64,000 nucleotides of DNA from Vicinamibacteria bacterium (GTDB lineage: Bacteria > Acidobacteriota > Vicinamibacteria > Marinacidobacterales > Marinacidobacteraceae): the NCBI GenBank assembly GCA_964291235.2, contig OZ219815.1, positions 64,001 through 128,000 on the forward strand, read 5' to 3'. The position numbers and the translations under genes were made by a program. Under the pieces are notes generated by a model that saw only the letters and a program-made list of their open reading frames with translations, was not told the origin of the DNA and made no database searches. The first letter of the stretch is position 1; each line of letters opens with the position of its first letter. Shown here piece after piece: positions 19,173 to 29,689 of this stretch.

Positions 19173-20021
19173 ATGCGCTACGCAACCCTGCTCGTTCCCG
19201 GGAGGGGAGAAACCCCCGCTCTCATTTCTCCAGACGGCCTGCGCTACCAGCCGCTCGAGGGCCCGGAGCCGCTCGCCGCGCGGCTCGGCGGTCCCCTGCC
19301 CCGGCCGGACATCGACTGGGAGCAGGCTCCCCCGCTGTCCGGCGTCCGCTTCCTGCCCCTGATCCCGCGTCCCGGCGCGCTCTGGTGCGTGGGTCTCAAC
19401 TACGAGGACCACCGGCTGGAGACGGGCCGGGCGAAGGCCGACTATCCCACCCTCTTTACCCGGTTCCGGGCCTCCCTGCTGGGCCACGGGGAGGCGCTGG
19501 TCCGCCCCGCCGTCTCGCACCAGCTCGACTTCGAAGGCGAGCTGGCAGTGGTCATCGGCCGGAGCGCCCGGCACGTCCCGGAGGAGGCGGCGCTTGACCA
19601 CGTGGCGGGATATGCCTGCTTCAACGACGCCTCGGTGCGCGACTACCAGGGGCACAGCACCCAGTTCGGACCCGGCAAGAACTTCTGGCGGACCGGCGGG
19701 TTCGGTCCGTTCCTGGTCACGCCCGACGAAGTGCCCGACCCTCAGGACCTGCCCATCGAGACCCGGCTGAACGGCCAGGTGGTCCAGCAGAGTCACACCT
19801 CGGTGATGACCTACCCGGTGCGCGAGCTGATCGCCTACCTGTCGCGAATCCATCCCCTCCACCCGGGAGACGTGATCTCGACCGGCACGCCCTCGGGTGT
19901 GGGGGTCGCGCGCAAACCGCAGCTCTTCATGAAGCCCGGCGACGTGGTCGAGGTGGAAATCGGCGGGGTCGGGCTACTGCGGAACGGAGTCGTGGACGAA
20001 GCGGAAACCGCGGGTCAGTAG
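19173..20021 (+). CDS. Fumarylacetoacetate hydrolase family protein
   Basis: CVGLNYEDH, DFEGELAVVIG, FNDAS, GKN, TGTPSGVG. Confidence 0.93.
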   Translation: MRYATLLVPGRGETPALISPDGLRYQPLEGPEPLAARLGGPLPRPDIDWEQAPPLSGVRFLPLIPRPGALWCVGLNYEDHRLETGRAKADYPTLFTRFRASLLGHGEALVRPAVSHQLDFEGELAVVIGRSARHVPEEAALDHVAGYACFNDASVRDYQGHSTQFGPGKNFWRTGGFGPFLVTPDEVPDPQDLPIETRLNGQVVQQSHTSVMTYPVRELIAYLSRIHPLHPGDVISTGTPSGVGVARKPQLFMKPGDVVEVEIGGVGLLRNGVVDEAETAGQ

Positions 20022-21013
20022 CCCCGGCCGCGGTTCACGACGTTCCGCATCCGGCGGCCCGCGAAGAAGCGGGCCATATTCCCGAGGGCGATCCGGAAGA
20101 CCTTCGGCACGTAGTTGTGGATGTCGTCGGCGCCCACGTGGGGGGTGATGAACAGGTTCGGCGCGTCCCAGAGGGTGCTCTCGGGCGGGTGCGGCTCCGG
20201 CCACACGACGTCGAGGAAGGCGCCCCCGAGCCTGCCGCTCCGCAGCCCGGCCTCGAGCGCCGCCTGGTCCATCAACCGGCCGCGGCCCAGGTTCACGATT
20301 CCGGCGCCTTCGGGGAGGTGCGCCAGTTCCCGCGCCCCGAGGATCTCCCGCGTGTCCGAGGTGAGCGGCGCGGCGAGCACCACGTAGTCGGCCCGCGGCA
20401 ACGCCTTCGCGAGGTCGGCGGGTCCGAAGAGCTCGTCCACGAACCGGTGCCGCCGCGCCGTGCGCCGGACCCCGAGAACGCGCATGCCGAGGGTGCGCGC
20501 CGCCTCCGCGGCTCCCGTGCCCACGGCTCCCAGGCCAATGATCAGCGCCGTCTTTCCCGGCAGGGTTCCGGTCTGGATCTTCTTCCAGGTCCGCTCCCGC
20601 TGGTACGCGGCGAGCTGCGGCAGCCGGGTGTGGAGGGCGATGAGTCCCATCAGGACGTACTCGAAGGATTTCTTCGTGTGGACCCCGCTGGCGGTGATCA
20701 ACTTGACCCCGGCCGGCAGCCAGTCGAGGGGGTACAGGTGGTCCACGCCGGCGCCGATGAGCTGCACCCAGCGAAGCCTGGGAGCCCGCGCGGCCAGACC
20801 CGGCCGCGGGAACTTCCAGCCGATGAGCACGTCGGCGTCGCGGACTCCCTGGACAAAGCTGGCCTCGTCGTTCGAGTACGTGGGCCGGAGCCGCCCGAAG
20901 GTGTCCGGGAAGGCTTCCCCCGCGGTTTCAAACCGCTCCCGGTCCAGCCGGTAGTCGTCGGACTCGCTCGGGTCGGTAGCCAGATGAACGCGGAGCGTTT
21001 CGGGGATGCTCAT
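20015..21013 (-). CDS. D-2-hydroxyacid dehydrogenase
   Basis: GLGAVG, NLGRG, LDVVWPEP, TPHVG. Confidence 0.92.
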   Translation of the reverse strand: MSIPETLRVHLATDPSESDDYRLDRERFETAGEAFPDTFGRLRPTYSNDEASFVQGVRDADVLIGWKFPRPGLAARAPRLRWVQLIGAGVDHLYPLDWLPAGVKLITASGVHTKKSFEYVLMGLIALHTRLPQLAAYQRERTWKKIQTGTLPGKTALIIGLGAVGTGAAEAARTLGMRVLGVRRTARRHRFVDELFGPADLAKALPRADYVVLAAPLTSDTREILGARELAHLPEGAGIVNLGRGRLMDQAALEAGLRSGRLGGAFLDVVWPEPHPPESTLWDAPNLFITPHVGADDIHNYVPKVFRIALGNMARFFAGRRMRNVVNRGRGY

Positions 21014-21030
21014 GGCGTGGTTTCCTTTCG

Positions 21031-22848
21031 TTGGCGCGATTCGCCATGAACAGCCTAAGCGAGCACAATGGACTCATGGCCGACAAACTCTCTCCCCCCA
21101 TCTCCCCGCCCCCGCCCGGACCCGAGCGGCTCGCCTGGAACCGGCGCCGCTTCATCGCCGGACTCTCCGGGCTGGGGCTCGGCTCCACGCTGCTCCCCGG
21201 TGCGCTTACGGCCTGCGCCGGAGACGCGGGCGCCGTCTCCGTGGGAATGCTGCGCACCGCCCAGCAACTCGCGGGCCTCGATCTGTCCGACGATGAGTTG
21301 TCCACGGTGGCCGAGCGGCTGAACGGCGAGCGGAACCTGCTGGACGCCTACCGCGGCATCCGGGATCCCGAGATCCACAACCACCTGCCGCCGTCGTTCG
21401 TCTTCCATCCCCTGCCCCCGGGCAAGCCGATGCCGGAGACGGCCGGCGGAATGCAGCCGTCCCGGCCGGAGGCTTCCCGACCCGAGTCCGACACCGAGCT
21501 CGCGTTTCTTCCCGTCACCCACCTGGCGCGACTGGTGGAGTCCCGGCAAGTGACGTCGATGGAACTCACCGAGCTCTACCTGGCGCGGCTCAAGGAGTTC
21601 GATCCGGTCCTGATGTGCGTCGTGAACCTGACCGAGGACCTCGCCCGCGAGCAGGCGGCCCGGGCCGACGAAGAGATCGCCGCCGGGAACTACCGCGGCC
21701 CGCTCCACGGCATTCCCTGGGGAGCCAAGGATCTGCTCGCGGTGAGGGGGACGAAGACCACCTGGGGGGCGTCCCCCTACCGCGACCAGGTGATCGACGA
21801 GGACGCCACCGTTTACACGAAGCTCACCGACGCGGGCGCGGTGCTGGTCGCCAAGCTGACGATGGGCGCGCTGGCGTCGGGGGACCGCTGGTTCGGGGGC
21901 CGGACCCGGAATCCGTGGAACACCGAGCAGGGATCCAGCGGCTCCTCCGCCGGCCCGGGGGCGGCGACCGCCGCCGGCCTGGTGGGTTTCTCGATCGGCA
22001 CCGAAACGCGCGGTTCGATCATCTCGCCGTCAACCCGCAACGGCATCACCGGGCACCGTCCCACCTTCGGCCGGGTCAGTCGGGCGGGCGCCATGGCGCT
22101 CTCCTGGACGATGGACAAGATCGGCCCCATGTGCCGGAGCGCCGAGGACTGCGCGCTGGTGTTCGAAGCCATCCGGGGCGCCGACGACCTGGACCGGGCG
22201 GTTCACGATCCCCCGTTCGCCTGGGACGCCTCCGCCGACGCGGCGGCGCTCCGCGTGGGTTACGACCGGGCGGCCGTCGAAGACGAGATCGAAGACGATC
22301 CGGAAAACCCGGAACGGGCGGCGCTCCAGCGCACCGCGCAGGAGAACACCCGGGCGGCGATCGAAGTCCTCCGCGGGGCCGGTATCACGATCACGCCGTT
22401 CGAACTGCCGGAACTCGACTGGGACGACCTCTCCTTCGTCCTCTCCACGGAATCCGCCGCCGCCCACGACGCTCTCGCCCGGAGCGGGGCCGACCTCAGC
22501 ATGAGGGAGCCTCCGGAGGACAGCCGCTGGCCGGACACCTTCCGCACCTACCGCTTCGTCCCCGCGGTGGAATACATCCAGGCGATGCGGGTACGGACCC
22601 GGATCATGCGGGAATTCGACGAGGCGTTCGGCGACCTGGACCTCTTCATCGGGTCGAACCTGGGCCTGACGAACCTGACCGGACACCCCGAGGTGTGCAT
22701 GCCGAACGGATACCACGAGGGGTCGCCGACCAGCCTGCGGATGACCGGGAAGCTCTACGGGGACACCGAAATCCTCACGCTTGCGCACGCCTACCAGCAG
22801 GTCACCGACTTCCACTCGAGAAAACCCCCGGTCGGCGTCGAGCGGTAA
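21031..22848 (+). CDS. Tat-exported amidase-signature enzyme
   Basis: NRRRFI signal; GAKDLL, GSSGSSAG, GTETRGSI (Lys-Ser-Ser triad). Start may be later. Confidence 0.92.
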   Translation: MARFAMNSLSEHNGLMADKLSPPISPPPPGPERLAWNRRRFIAGLSGLGLGSTLLPGALTACAGDAGAVSVGMLRTAQQLAGLDLSDDELSTVAERLNGERNLLDAYRGIRDPEIHNHLPPSFVFHPLPPGKPMPETAGGMQPSRPEASRPESDTELAFLPVTHLARLVESRQVTSMELTELYLARLKEFDPVLMCVVNLTEDLAREQAARADEEIAAGNYRGPLHGIPWGAKDLLAVRGTKTTWGASPYRDQVIDEDATVYTKLTDAGAVLVAKLTMGALASGDRWFGGRTRNPWNTEQGSSGSSAGPGAATAAGLVGFSIGTETRGSIISPSTRNGITGHRPTFGRVSRAGAMALSWTMDKIGPMCRSAEDCALVFEAIRGADDLDRAVHDPPFAWDASADAAALRVGYDRAAVEDEIEDDPENPERAALQRTAQENTRAAIEVLRGAGITITPFELPELDWDDLSFVLSTESAAAHDALARSGADLSMREPPEDSRWPDTFRTYRFVPAVEYIQAMRVRTRIMREFDEAFGDLDLFIGSNLGLTNLTGHPEVCMPNGYHEGSPTSLRMTGKLYGDTEILTLAHAYQQVTDFHSRKPPVGVER

Positions 22849-23092
22849 GGAAGCGGGGCGACACCAACGCGACAGGAACGGGAACCACCTGGTCATCAAA
22901 CAGCAGAGCCCCGCTTCCTTACCGCCCGGCGCTTCGCGCCGCGAACCACAACTCCCTTGCGCGCCGTTGGCGCGCGGCGGCGAGTTGCGATTCGTCGTTA
23001 CCGTCTTGTGACAGGGGGTGAACCCCCTTTCACACTTTCCCCCGAACTCGCAGGCAGCGAACAAAGTTCGCTGCCATTGTTCATTGCCGTGG
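22838..23092 (-). ncRNA. Structured multi-stem repeated element, copy 2
   Basis: Reverse complement aligns to 2200-2450; perfect 18-bp terminal stem GCGGTAAGGAAGCGGGGC/GCCCCGCTTCCTTACCGC overlaps the amidase stop codon. Confidence 0.6.
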
Positions 23093-23128
23093 TGGCAACT
23101 CACCAGGCCTTCGGATCCGGGTAGCCAG

Positions 23129-23362
23129 AGGAGCGCCGGCCAGGAGCGCCGGCCTCCGGCCGGCATCGCTCCGCCCAGTGGAGCGAAACTCCCGTCGTCA
23201 ACCGGCCAGGATGGCGCCGCAGCCCAGCAGTGTGGCGCGGCGCCACTCCCGCTCTGGTACGGCGACGCGCCGTCCCCGCTTGGACTGGTGCCGTCGAGGC
23301 TGACTAAGTCAGGGAGTTTCGCCTCGCTGTGCTCGGCGATGCCAGCCGGAGGCTGGCGCTCC
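23129..23362. repeat. Inverted pair of REP-like palindromes (REPIN-like)
   Basis: AGGAGCGCCGGCCTCCGGCCGGCATCGC at 23142-23169 (partial duplicate at 23129) and GCGATGCCAGCCGGAGGCTGGCGCTCC at about 23336-23362 in opposite orientation. Confidence 0.8.
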
Positions 23363-23403
23363 GGGCGCTCCTTCTCTGGAGGTCGGCCCAGTCTCCCCGC
23401 GGA

Positions 23404-24729
23404 CTAGAGATAGTCCGCGGGGTTCGCCGCAATGTGGCGGACGCTCGCGAGCAGCCGGTCCACCTCGTGCGGCATGTTGTAAATGTGGGTCGAGGCCCGC
23501 ACCGCGTTGAGATTCCCCGTGCCCATCGTGCGGATGAACACCCGGTCGCGGTCCAGAATGGCCTCCTGGACGTTCGCCATCGGGAGGTCGTGGACCGAGA
23601 ACAGCGTCAGGCCGGCCGCGAGTTCGTCGCTCGCCGACGTCCAGAGCTTGACTCCGGGGATCTCCCGCAGTCCGTCCCGGAGGCGCCCGGAGAGCATCCG
23701 GACCCGCTTCTCGATGAGTTCCTTCCCGATCACGTTCTGGAACTCGACGGACTTCACCAGTGCAAATTGGCTGGGGACGTGGCGCTGGCCGGTGTTCTCG
23801 TACTTCCGGGAGTCCTCGCGGAAGCGGCGCTCGCCGTCCTGGCGGTAGGTGCCGGCGCCGATCAGGGGCCAGATGTCGCCCATGGTGTCCCGCCGGATGT
23901 ACGAGAGGCCGGTCCCGGTACCCGCCATCAACCACTTCTGGCCGGCGCCCGCATAGTGATGGCAGTCCAACTCCTTCATGTCGAGGGCGATCATCCCGAG
24001 CGGATGGGCGCCGTCCACGGTGAGCATGAGGTTCTTTCGGGCGCAGAGCTCGGCCAGTTCCTTCACCGGCATCAGCAGGCCGGTGACGTAGGTGATGTGG
24101 CTCACCATGATCGCCCGGGTCCGCGGCCCGATCGCATTCTCGTAGATCGAGAGGATCTGGTCTTTGCTCTCCGGGGGAGACGGAATGTCCACCCACTTGA
24201 TCACGGCGCCATAGCGCTCCCGGGCGTGGATGTAGGGCTCGATACCGCCGTTGTGTTCATGCGTGCACATGAGCACCTCGTCGCCCTCGCGCCAGTCGAG
24301 TCCCCGCCCGAAAATATTCATCCCCTCCGTGGTGCTGCGCGTGTACGTGACCTCGTCGGGCTCCGCCCCGATGAAGGAGGCGAGCGTCTGCCGGCGTTCG
24401 TGGAGTTCGTCGCGCCGGTACCCGTTCGTCGGGTCGGCGGCGATCTCGGCGTAGATCCGCGCCTCCTCGTCGGCCACCGCCCGCGGGTTCGGTCCCAGGG
24501 TGCCGTTGTTCATGAACGCCATCCCATCGACCACATTGAACTGCGAGCGCACCTTCCACCAGTAGTCCTCGCCCGGACTCCCTGGCGGAGAAAGGTCACC
24601 AAGTGGCAGCGGCGGAACCGCCCGCTGCGCGGCGGCGGCCGCCAGAGTTGCTCCCGGGAGCGCGGCCGCACCGAACGCCGCGGCGGATGCACCAAGGAAA
24701 CGCCGACGTGAAATTGCCGTGGTTGTCAT
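23404..24729 (-). CDS. Tat-exported class V PLP aminotransferase (isopenicillin N epimerase/cysteine desulfurase-like)
   Basis: SRRRFLG; MNNGTLGP, STTEG, EHNG, VDGAH, GQKWL (PLP Lys), RASTHIYN. Confidence 0.9.
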   Translation of the reverse strand: MTTTAISRRRFLGASAAAFGAAALPGATLAAAAAQRAVPPLPLGDLSPPGSPGEDYWWKVRSQFNVVDGMAFMNNGTLGPNPRAVADEEARIYAEIAADPTNGYRRDELHERRQTLASFIGAEPDEVTYTRSTTEGMNIFGRGLDWREGDEVLMCTHEHNGGIEPYIHARERYGAVIKWVDIPSPPESKDQILSIYENAIGPRTRAIMVSHITYVTGLLMPVKELAELCARKNLMLTVDGAHPLGMIALDMKELDCHHYAGAGQKWLMAGTGTGLSYIRRDTMGDIWPLIGAGTYRQDGERRFREDSRKYENTGQRHVPSQFALVKSVEFQNVIGKELIEKRVRMLSGRLRDGLREIPGVKLWTSASDELAAGLTLFSVHDLPMANVQEAILDRDRVFIRTMGTGNLNAVRASTHIYNMPHEVDRLLASVRHIAANPADYL

Positions 24730-24845
24730 GGACTCCCCTTTCCCGCAGGAAAATCGGAACGTAGCGGAACCCGAGGGGGCACTTCAAATGTCGCAGGACG
24801 CGAGCGCCGCGCCCGCCCGTTCCGAAGTGAGATAATTTGAAGTTC

Positions 24846-26006
24846 ATGATTGATCCCTGCACGATCCTGGTGGTTGACGACGAACCCGATCTCGAAACGC
24901 TGATTCGCCAGAGGTTCCGCCGCCGGATCCGCAAGGAAGAAATGCGGTTCGTTTTTGCGCACGACGGTGTGCAGGCGCTCGAAGCTCTTGAAGGCCATCC
25001 GGAAATCGAACTCATCATGACCGACATCAACATGCCCCGGATGGACGGTCTGACCCTGCTGAACGAACTGCGAACCATCCGCCCGAAGTGCCGCGCGGTG
25101 GTGGTTTCGGCCTATGGCGACATGGCGAACATCCGTACCGCGATGAACCGGGGAGCCTTCGATTTCGTCACCAAACCGATCGACTTCAAGGACCTCGAAC
25201 TCACCATCGAAAAGACGATGACCCACCTCGCCATGATGCGCGAGGCCCTCAAGCACCGCGCCCAACTGCTCGCGCTGCACCAGGAGCTGCGAGTCGCCCG
25301 GGACATGCAGATGTCCATCCTGCCGCAGCGGTTCCCGTCAACGCCAAGCACGGATACGCACGCCATCATGACTCCGGCCCAGGACGTGGGCGGAGACTTC
25401 TACGACGTCTTCCACCTCCCCGACAAAAGACTCGGCGTCGTGATGGCGGACGTTTCCGGCAAGGGCGTTCCGGCGGCCCTGTTCATGATGGTCAGCCGGA
25501 CCCTGGTCAAGGGGAACGCCGTGAGCGCCCTCTCCCCAGGGGACGCCCTGACCCAGGTGAACAATCTGCTCGGAGAGGAGAACGAACGGGCCATGTTCGT
25601 CACCCTGCTGTTCGGGATTCTGGACACCCAGGGGGGAAGCTTCACCTACGCCAACGCGGGGCATTGCGCTCCCTACCTGCTGCGCACTGGAGAAAAACCC
25701 CGGGAATTGCCGCTCACCCAGGGAATCGCCCTGGGCGTCATGCCGGACTTCCCTTACAGCGAGGACAAGATCCAGCTCGAAGCCGGAGATCGGATTTTCC
25801 TCTATACCGACGGCGTGCCCGAGGCCGAGGCTCCGGACAAGGAACTGTTCGAGAACCAGCGACTGGAAGAAACCCTCCAGAAGGTCGCCGACCGGTCGCC
25901 GGAGGAGATCAATCGAACCGTCATCGAAGCAGTTCGGGTGTTCTCGGGAGGGGAACACCAGTCCGACGACATCACCTGCCTGACGCTCGCCTATCGCGGC
26001 AACTGA
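24846..26006 (+). CDS. Response regulator receiver fused to SpoIIE/PP2C phosphatase (RsbU/RsbP-like)
   Basis: VVDDE, TDINMP, TKP; VGGDFYD, DVSGKG, YTDG, SDDIT. Confidence 0.93.
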   Translation: MIDPCTILVVDDEPDLETLIRQRFRRRIRKEEMRFVFAHDGVQALEALEGHPEIELIMTDINMPRMDGLTLLNELRTIRPKCRAVVVSAYGDMANIRTAMNRGAFDFVTKPIDFKDLELTIEKTMTHLAMMREALKHRAQLLALHQELRVARDMQMSILPQRFPSTPSTDTHAIMTPAQDVGGDFYDVFHLPDKRLGVVMADVSGKGVPAALFMMVSRTLVKGNAVSALSPGDALTQVNNLLGEENERAMFVTLLFGILDTQGGSFTYANAGHCAPYLLRTGEKPRELPLTQGIALGVMPDFPYSEDKIQLEAGDRIFLYTDGVPEAEAPDKELFENQRLEETLQKVADRSPEEINRTVIEAVRVFSGGEHQSDDITCLTLAYRGN

Positions 26007-26012
26007 CTTCCG

Positions 26013-27251
26013 ATGCATCTGCGCGGTTCAGGGTGGGAGGACCGGCTGCCGCCGGTTTCGGATTTCCGGCTCCGGGCGGGCTGGATGTCCGTCCTCTGCC
26101 TTACGGGCGCGGTGGCGGGCGGACCGGCGGCCCTCGCATCCGCCCAGGACGAGACCGCAACCCCGGGCATCAGCCTCGAGCGCGTTCTCTTCGGGCAGTC
26201 GGCGGCCCTCAGCGGCCCGGCCGCGGCTCTCGGACAGGGGATGCGGCTCGGGATCCAGGCCGCTTTTGCCGAGATCAACCGCGGCGGCGGCGTCCACGGC
26301 CGGCGGCTCGAACTGGTCTCGCTCGATGATGGCTACGAGCCCGAGGCCGCCCTCCAAAACACCCGCCGACTGTTGCAGGACGAAGAGGTCTTCGCCCTCA
26401 TTGGTCCGGTCGGCACGCCGACCTCCCGCGCGGTCGAGCCGGTGGCCGCCCAGGCCGGAGCCCCCTACATAGGCCCGTTCACCGGAGCGGAATTCCTGCG
26501 CGAGCCGGAAGAGGCGCCGACCGCGGTGAACGTCCGCGCCTCATATTTCCAGGAAACCGATGAAATGGTCGAGCGGCTCACCGAGGATCTCGGTGTCTCC
26601 CGGATCGCCGTGCTCTATCAGGACGACTCCTACGGAGGCGCCGGGCTTGCCGGGGTTCGACAGGCACTGGCCAGACGAAGGCTGGAACTGACGGGCGTGG
26701 CCGCCTACCAGCGGAATACCACGGCGGTCAAGGTTGCCGTCCTGGAACTGCGCCGGATGCAGCCGGAGGCGGTGATCATCATCGGAGCGTACCGGCCGGT
26801 GGCGGAGTTCGTGCGCTGGGCCAGGCGCATCGATTTCACTCCCATCCTGATGAACATCTCCTTCGTGGGCAGCGAAGCGCTGGCCGCGGATCTCGGGTCG
26901 GCCGGCGAGGGAGTGCTGATCACCCAGGTCGTTCCCTTTCCGGAGGACACCTCGCTCCGCGTGGTGCGCAGCTACCGGGAAGCGCTCCGCCGACAGGAAC
27001 GGGGAGCACCGCCCAGCTTCGTGTCGCTTGAGGGGTACATCGCCGGGCGCCTTACCGGCGAGGTCCTCGAACGGGCCGGGCCGGAGCTGACCCGCGCCGG
27101 TTTCCTGCAGACTCTCACGACGATCCGCAATTTGGACTTCGGCGGTTTCTCGCTCACTTACGGTCCGGGAGACTCGCAGGGTTCCGACCGCGTGTTCCTG
27201 ACCCGTATCGAGGCGGACGGACGACTGAGGCCGCTCACCTCGCTGAGGTAA
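26013..27251 (+). CDS. Periplasmic binding protein (type 1, LivJ-like)
   Basis: GQSAALSGP, LDDGYEP, GPVGTPT, RASY, QVVPFP. Confidence 0.9.
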   Translation: MHLRGSGWEDRLPPVSDFRLRAGWMSVLCLTGAVAGGPAALASAQDETATPGISLERVLFGQSAALSGPAAALGQGMRLGIQAAFAEINRGGGVHGRRLELVSLDDGYEPEAALQNTRRLLQDEEVFALIGPVGTPTSRAVEPVAAQAGAPYIGPFTGAEFLREPEEAPTAVNVRASYFQETDEMVERLTEDLGVSRIAVLYQDDSYGGAGLAGVRQALARRRLELTGVAAYQRNTTAVKVAVLELRRMQPEAVIIIGAYRPVAEFVRWARRIDFTPILMNISFVGSEALAADLGSAGEGVLITQVVPFPEDTSLRVVRSYREALRRQERGAPPSFVSLEGYIAGRLTGEVLERAGPELTRAGFLQTLTTIRNLDFGGFSLTYGPGDSQGSDRVFLTRIEADGRLRPLTSLR

Positions 27252-27256
27252 CGGGG

Positions 27257-29689
27257 ATGGCCGAGGAAGACCGGCAGAACGGGACCGCGGCGCGTGATGA
27301 GGAAGAGGTGCGCGAAGAATCCACCGAGTCCGTCGAGGAAACGGAGGAATCCGCCCAGACGACGGAGGAGTCCGCCGGCGTCTCGATAGTCGGAGCCCTC
27401 CGGGAGGCGCTCTCCGGGAAGAAGCCCCTTTCCCCTGAGGAAGGCGGCGGGGCACCCGAGGAGGAGGCCGCCGCCGCGGCCCCGCGAGACGAGCCACCGT
27501 CGGGAGGGGCCGACGAATCCGACCCCGGCGCCGCGGAACGGGGCGGCTGGTTTCGCCGGAAGTTCGCCCTCCGCCAGAGCCTGCGGGTCCAGATCGCGGC
27601 CGGCCTCGGGGCGGCCATCGTCTTCACCCTCCTCGCGAGCATCATCGCCCTCGTCGCGTTCTTCCAGGTCGGTCGGATCCAGCGGGAAATCAACACCGAC
27701 TACGTGCCGGCGCTGACCCGCGCCGTCCAGATCGGGCAACTTGCGACCGATCTGGCGGGCGCCGCTCCCCGGCTGGTGGCGGAAGCCAGGAACCGCCAGC
27801 TCTCCTCCGATGCCTCGCAGGAAGAGAGTCCCGCCGCCGCGGCCGGAAACATCGACCTGCTGGAGAACGCGGCGCGCATCATCGAGCTTTCGTCGGACCT
27901 CGCGGTCGGTGAACGGACGGCCGGGCTCCGGCAGTTCTCCGCCGATCTCGCGAGCAACCTTCGGGACATCCAGGTCTCGGTCGAGGGCGGCGTCGAGTTT
28001 CAGGAACGGCTGGCGCAACTGCAGGAAGAAACGGCCGTGGAGACCCGGGAGTTGAACGAACTCATCGGACCCCTGCTCGACAACCAGGTCTTTTTCATGG
28101 CGACCGGTCTCCGCACGCTCGACGACGAGCCGGCTCCGATCGAGGTGCGGGGTTCGGAAACGGAAGTGATCTACCAGCACGCCCTGAGCGCCATCGATGC
28201 GCGCGGCAACCTCGCCGGCAGCCTCATCAGCGACGTGATCGTGCAGGACGACCTCGAACTGGTCGAAACCCTCGAAGAGAGGTTCCGGGCCGCCACCGCC
28301 GGCACCTTCCGGGCGCTCGACACCCTCGGTGACCGCGCTCCCCCGCAACTGGAGACGACCCTCAACACGATCTACGAACTGGGCCTGGACCCGGAGGGGG
28401 CGTTCCCGGTACGCCGGCGCTATCTCGCCGAACTTCGGAACCAGCTCGCCTACCTGGCGCGGAACGAGTCCATCACGGACTCGCTGGAATCCGCGGTGGC
28501 CAGCCTGACCGTGGGACTCGAGGTGGACGCGCTGGCCGCCACCGAGGAGTCGGAGGCGGCGCTGAATCTCGGGAGATCCCTGCTCGTGGCGCTGAACGTC
28601 CTGGGAATCAGCAGTGCCGCGCTGATTCTGTGGCTCTTTGTGGGCCGGTTCCTGATCGCGCGGCTGACCGCCCTTTCCCGCGCGATGCGCCGGATGGCGG
28701 GAGGCGATCTGGAGACCCGCATCGAGGTTCGCGGCCAGGACGAGGTCGGGGAGATGGCGCAGGCTCTCGAAGTCTTCCGGCAGCACGCCCTCGAGGTGCA
28801 GCGGCTCAACCTGGTGGAGGAACTCGCCACCCGGGTCGAAGCGCAGAACGAGGAATTGGCGAAGACGCTGGAAGACCTGGAAAAGGCGCAGGACCAGATC
28901 GTCATGCAGGAGAAGCTCGCGTCCCTCGGCCAGTTGACGGCCGGAATCGCGCATGAGATCAAGAACCCGCTGAACTTCGTCAATAACTTCGCCGACGTCT
29001 CGAGCGACCTGCTGGAGGATCTCAAGGAAGAGCTGGAAACCGTCAAGGAAAACGTGCCCGAGGAATCACTGGCGGAAATCGACGACATCAGCACCGATCT
29101 CTCCGGGAACCTCGAGCGGATCGTGCACCACGGAAAACGGGCGAGTTCCATCGTTTACGGCATGCTCGAACACGCCCGGAAGGAAGGCGGCGAGACCCGT
29201 CCGACGGAGATCAACGCCATGCTCGAGGAATACATCGCGCTCGCCTTCCACTCGATGCGCGCCGTGGACAACCGCTTCCAGATGACCATCCGGAAGAATC
29301 TGAGTGACGACGTCGGCGCCATCGAAGCCATCCCGCAGGACCTGAGCCGGGTGTTCCTGAACATCGTGACAAATGCCTGCCAGGCGACCTTCGACAAGCA
29401 ACTGGACGAGAGTTCGGATCCCGGCTATCAGCCCGAACTGGCCGTGAGCAGCAGCAAGGAGAACGGCCAGGTGGAAGTGCGCATCAAGGACAACGGTCCC
29501 GGCATCCCGCCAAACCACCTGGCCAAGATCTTCGAGCCGTTTTTCACCACGAAGGACACCGACAAGGGAACGGGGCTCGGCCTCTCCCTTTCGCACGACA
29601 TCATCCGGGGGCACGGCGGCACGCTGGCCGTGAACTCGGAGGTCGGCCAGGGCGCCGAATTCGTGATCACCCTTCCCGCCGCGTCGTAG
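27257..29689 (+). CDS. Membrane sensor histidine kinase (periplasmic helical sensor, HAMP, HisKA, HATPase)
   Basis: Two TM segments, HAMP DEVGEMA, AHEIKNPLN H-box, DNGPGI, FEPFFTTK, GTGLGL. Confidence 0.93.
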   Translation: MAEEDRQNGTAARDEEEVREESTESVEETEESAQTTEESAGVSIVGALREALSGKKPLSPEEGGGAPEEEAAAAAPRDEPPSGGADESDPGAAERGGWFRRKFALRQSLRVQIAAGLGAAIVFTLLASIIALVAFFQVGRIQREINTDYVPALTRAVQIGQLATDLAGAAPRLVAEARNRQLSSDASQEESPAAAAGNIDLLENAARIIELSSDLAVGERTAGLRQFSADLASNLRDIQVSVEGGVEFQERLAQLQEETAVETRELNELIGPLLDNQVFFMATGLRTLDDEPAPIEVRGSETEVIYQHALSAIDARGNLAGSLISDVIVQDDLELVETLEERFRAATAGTFRALDTLGDRAPPQLETTLNTIYELGLDPEGAFPVRRRYLAELRNQLAYLARNESITDSLESAVASLTVGLEVDALAATEESEAALNLGRSLLVALNVLGISSAALILWLFVGRFLIARLTALSRAMRRMAGGDLETRIEVRGQDEVGEMAQALEVFRQHALEVQRLNLVEELATRVEAQNEELAKTLEDLEKAQDQIVMQEKLASLGQLTAGIAHEIKNPLNFVNNFADVSSDLLEDLKEELETVKENVPEESLAEIDDISTDLSGNLERIVHHGKRASSIVYGMLEHARKEGGETRPTEINAMLEEYIALAFHSMRAVDNRFQMTIRKNLSDDVGAIEAIPQDLSRVFLNIVTNACQATFDKQLDESSDPGYQPELAVSSSKENGQVEVRIKDNGPGIPPNHLAKIFEPFFTTKDTDKGTGLGLSLSHDIIRGHGGTLAVNSEVGQGAEFVITLPAAS

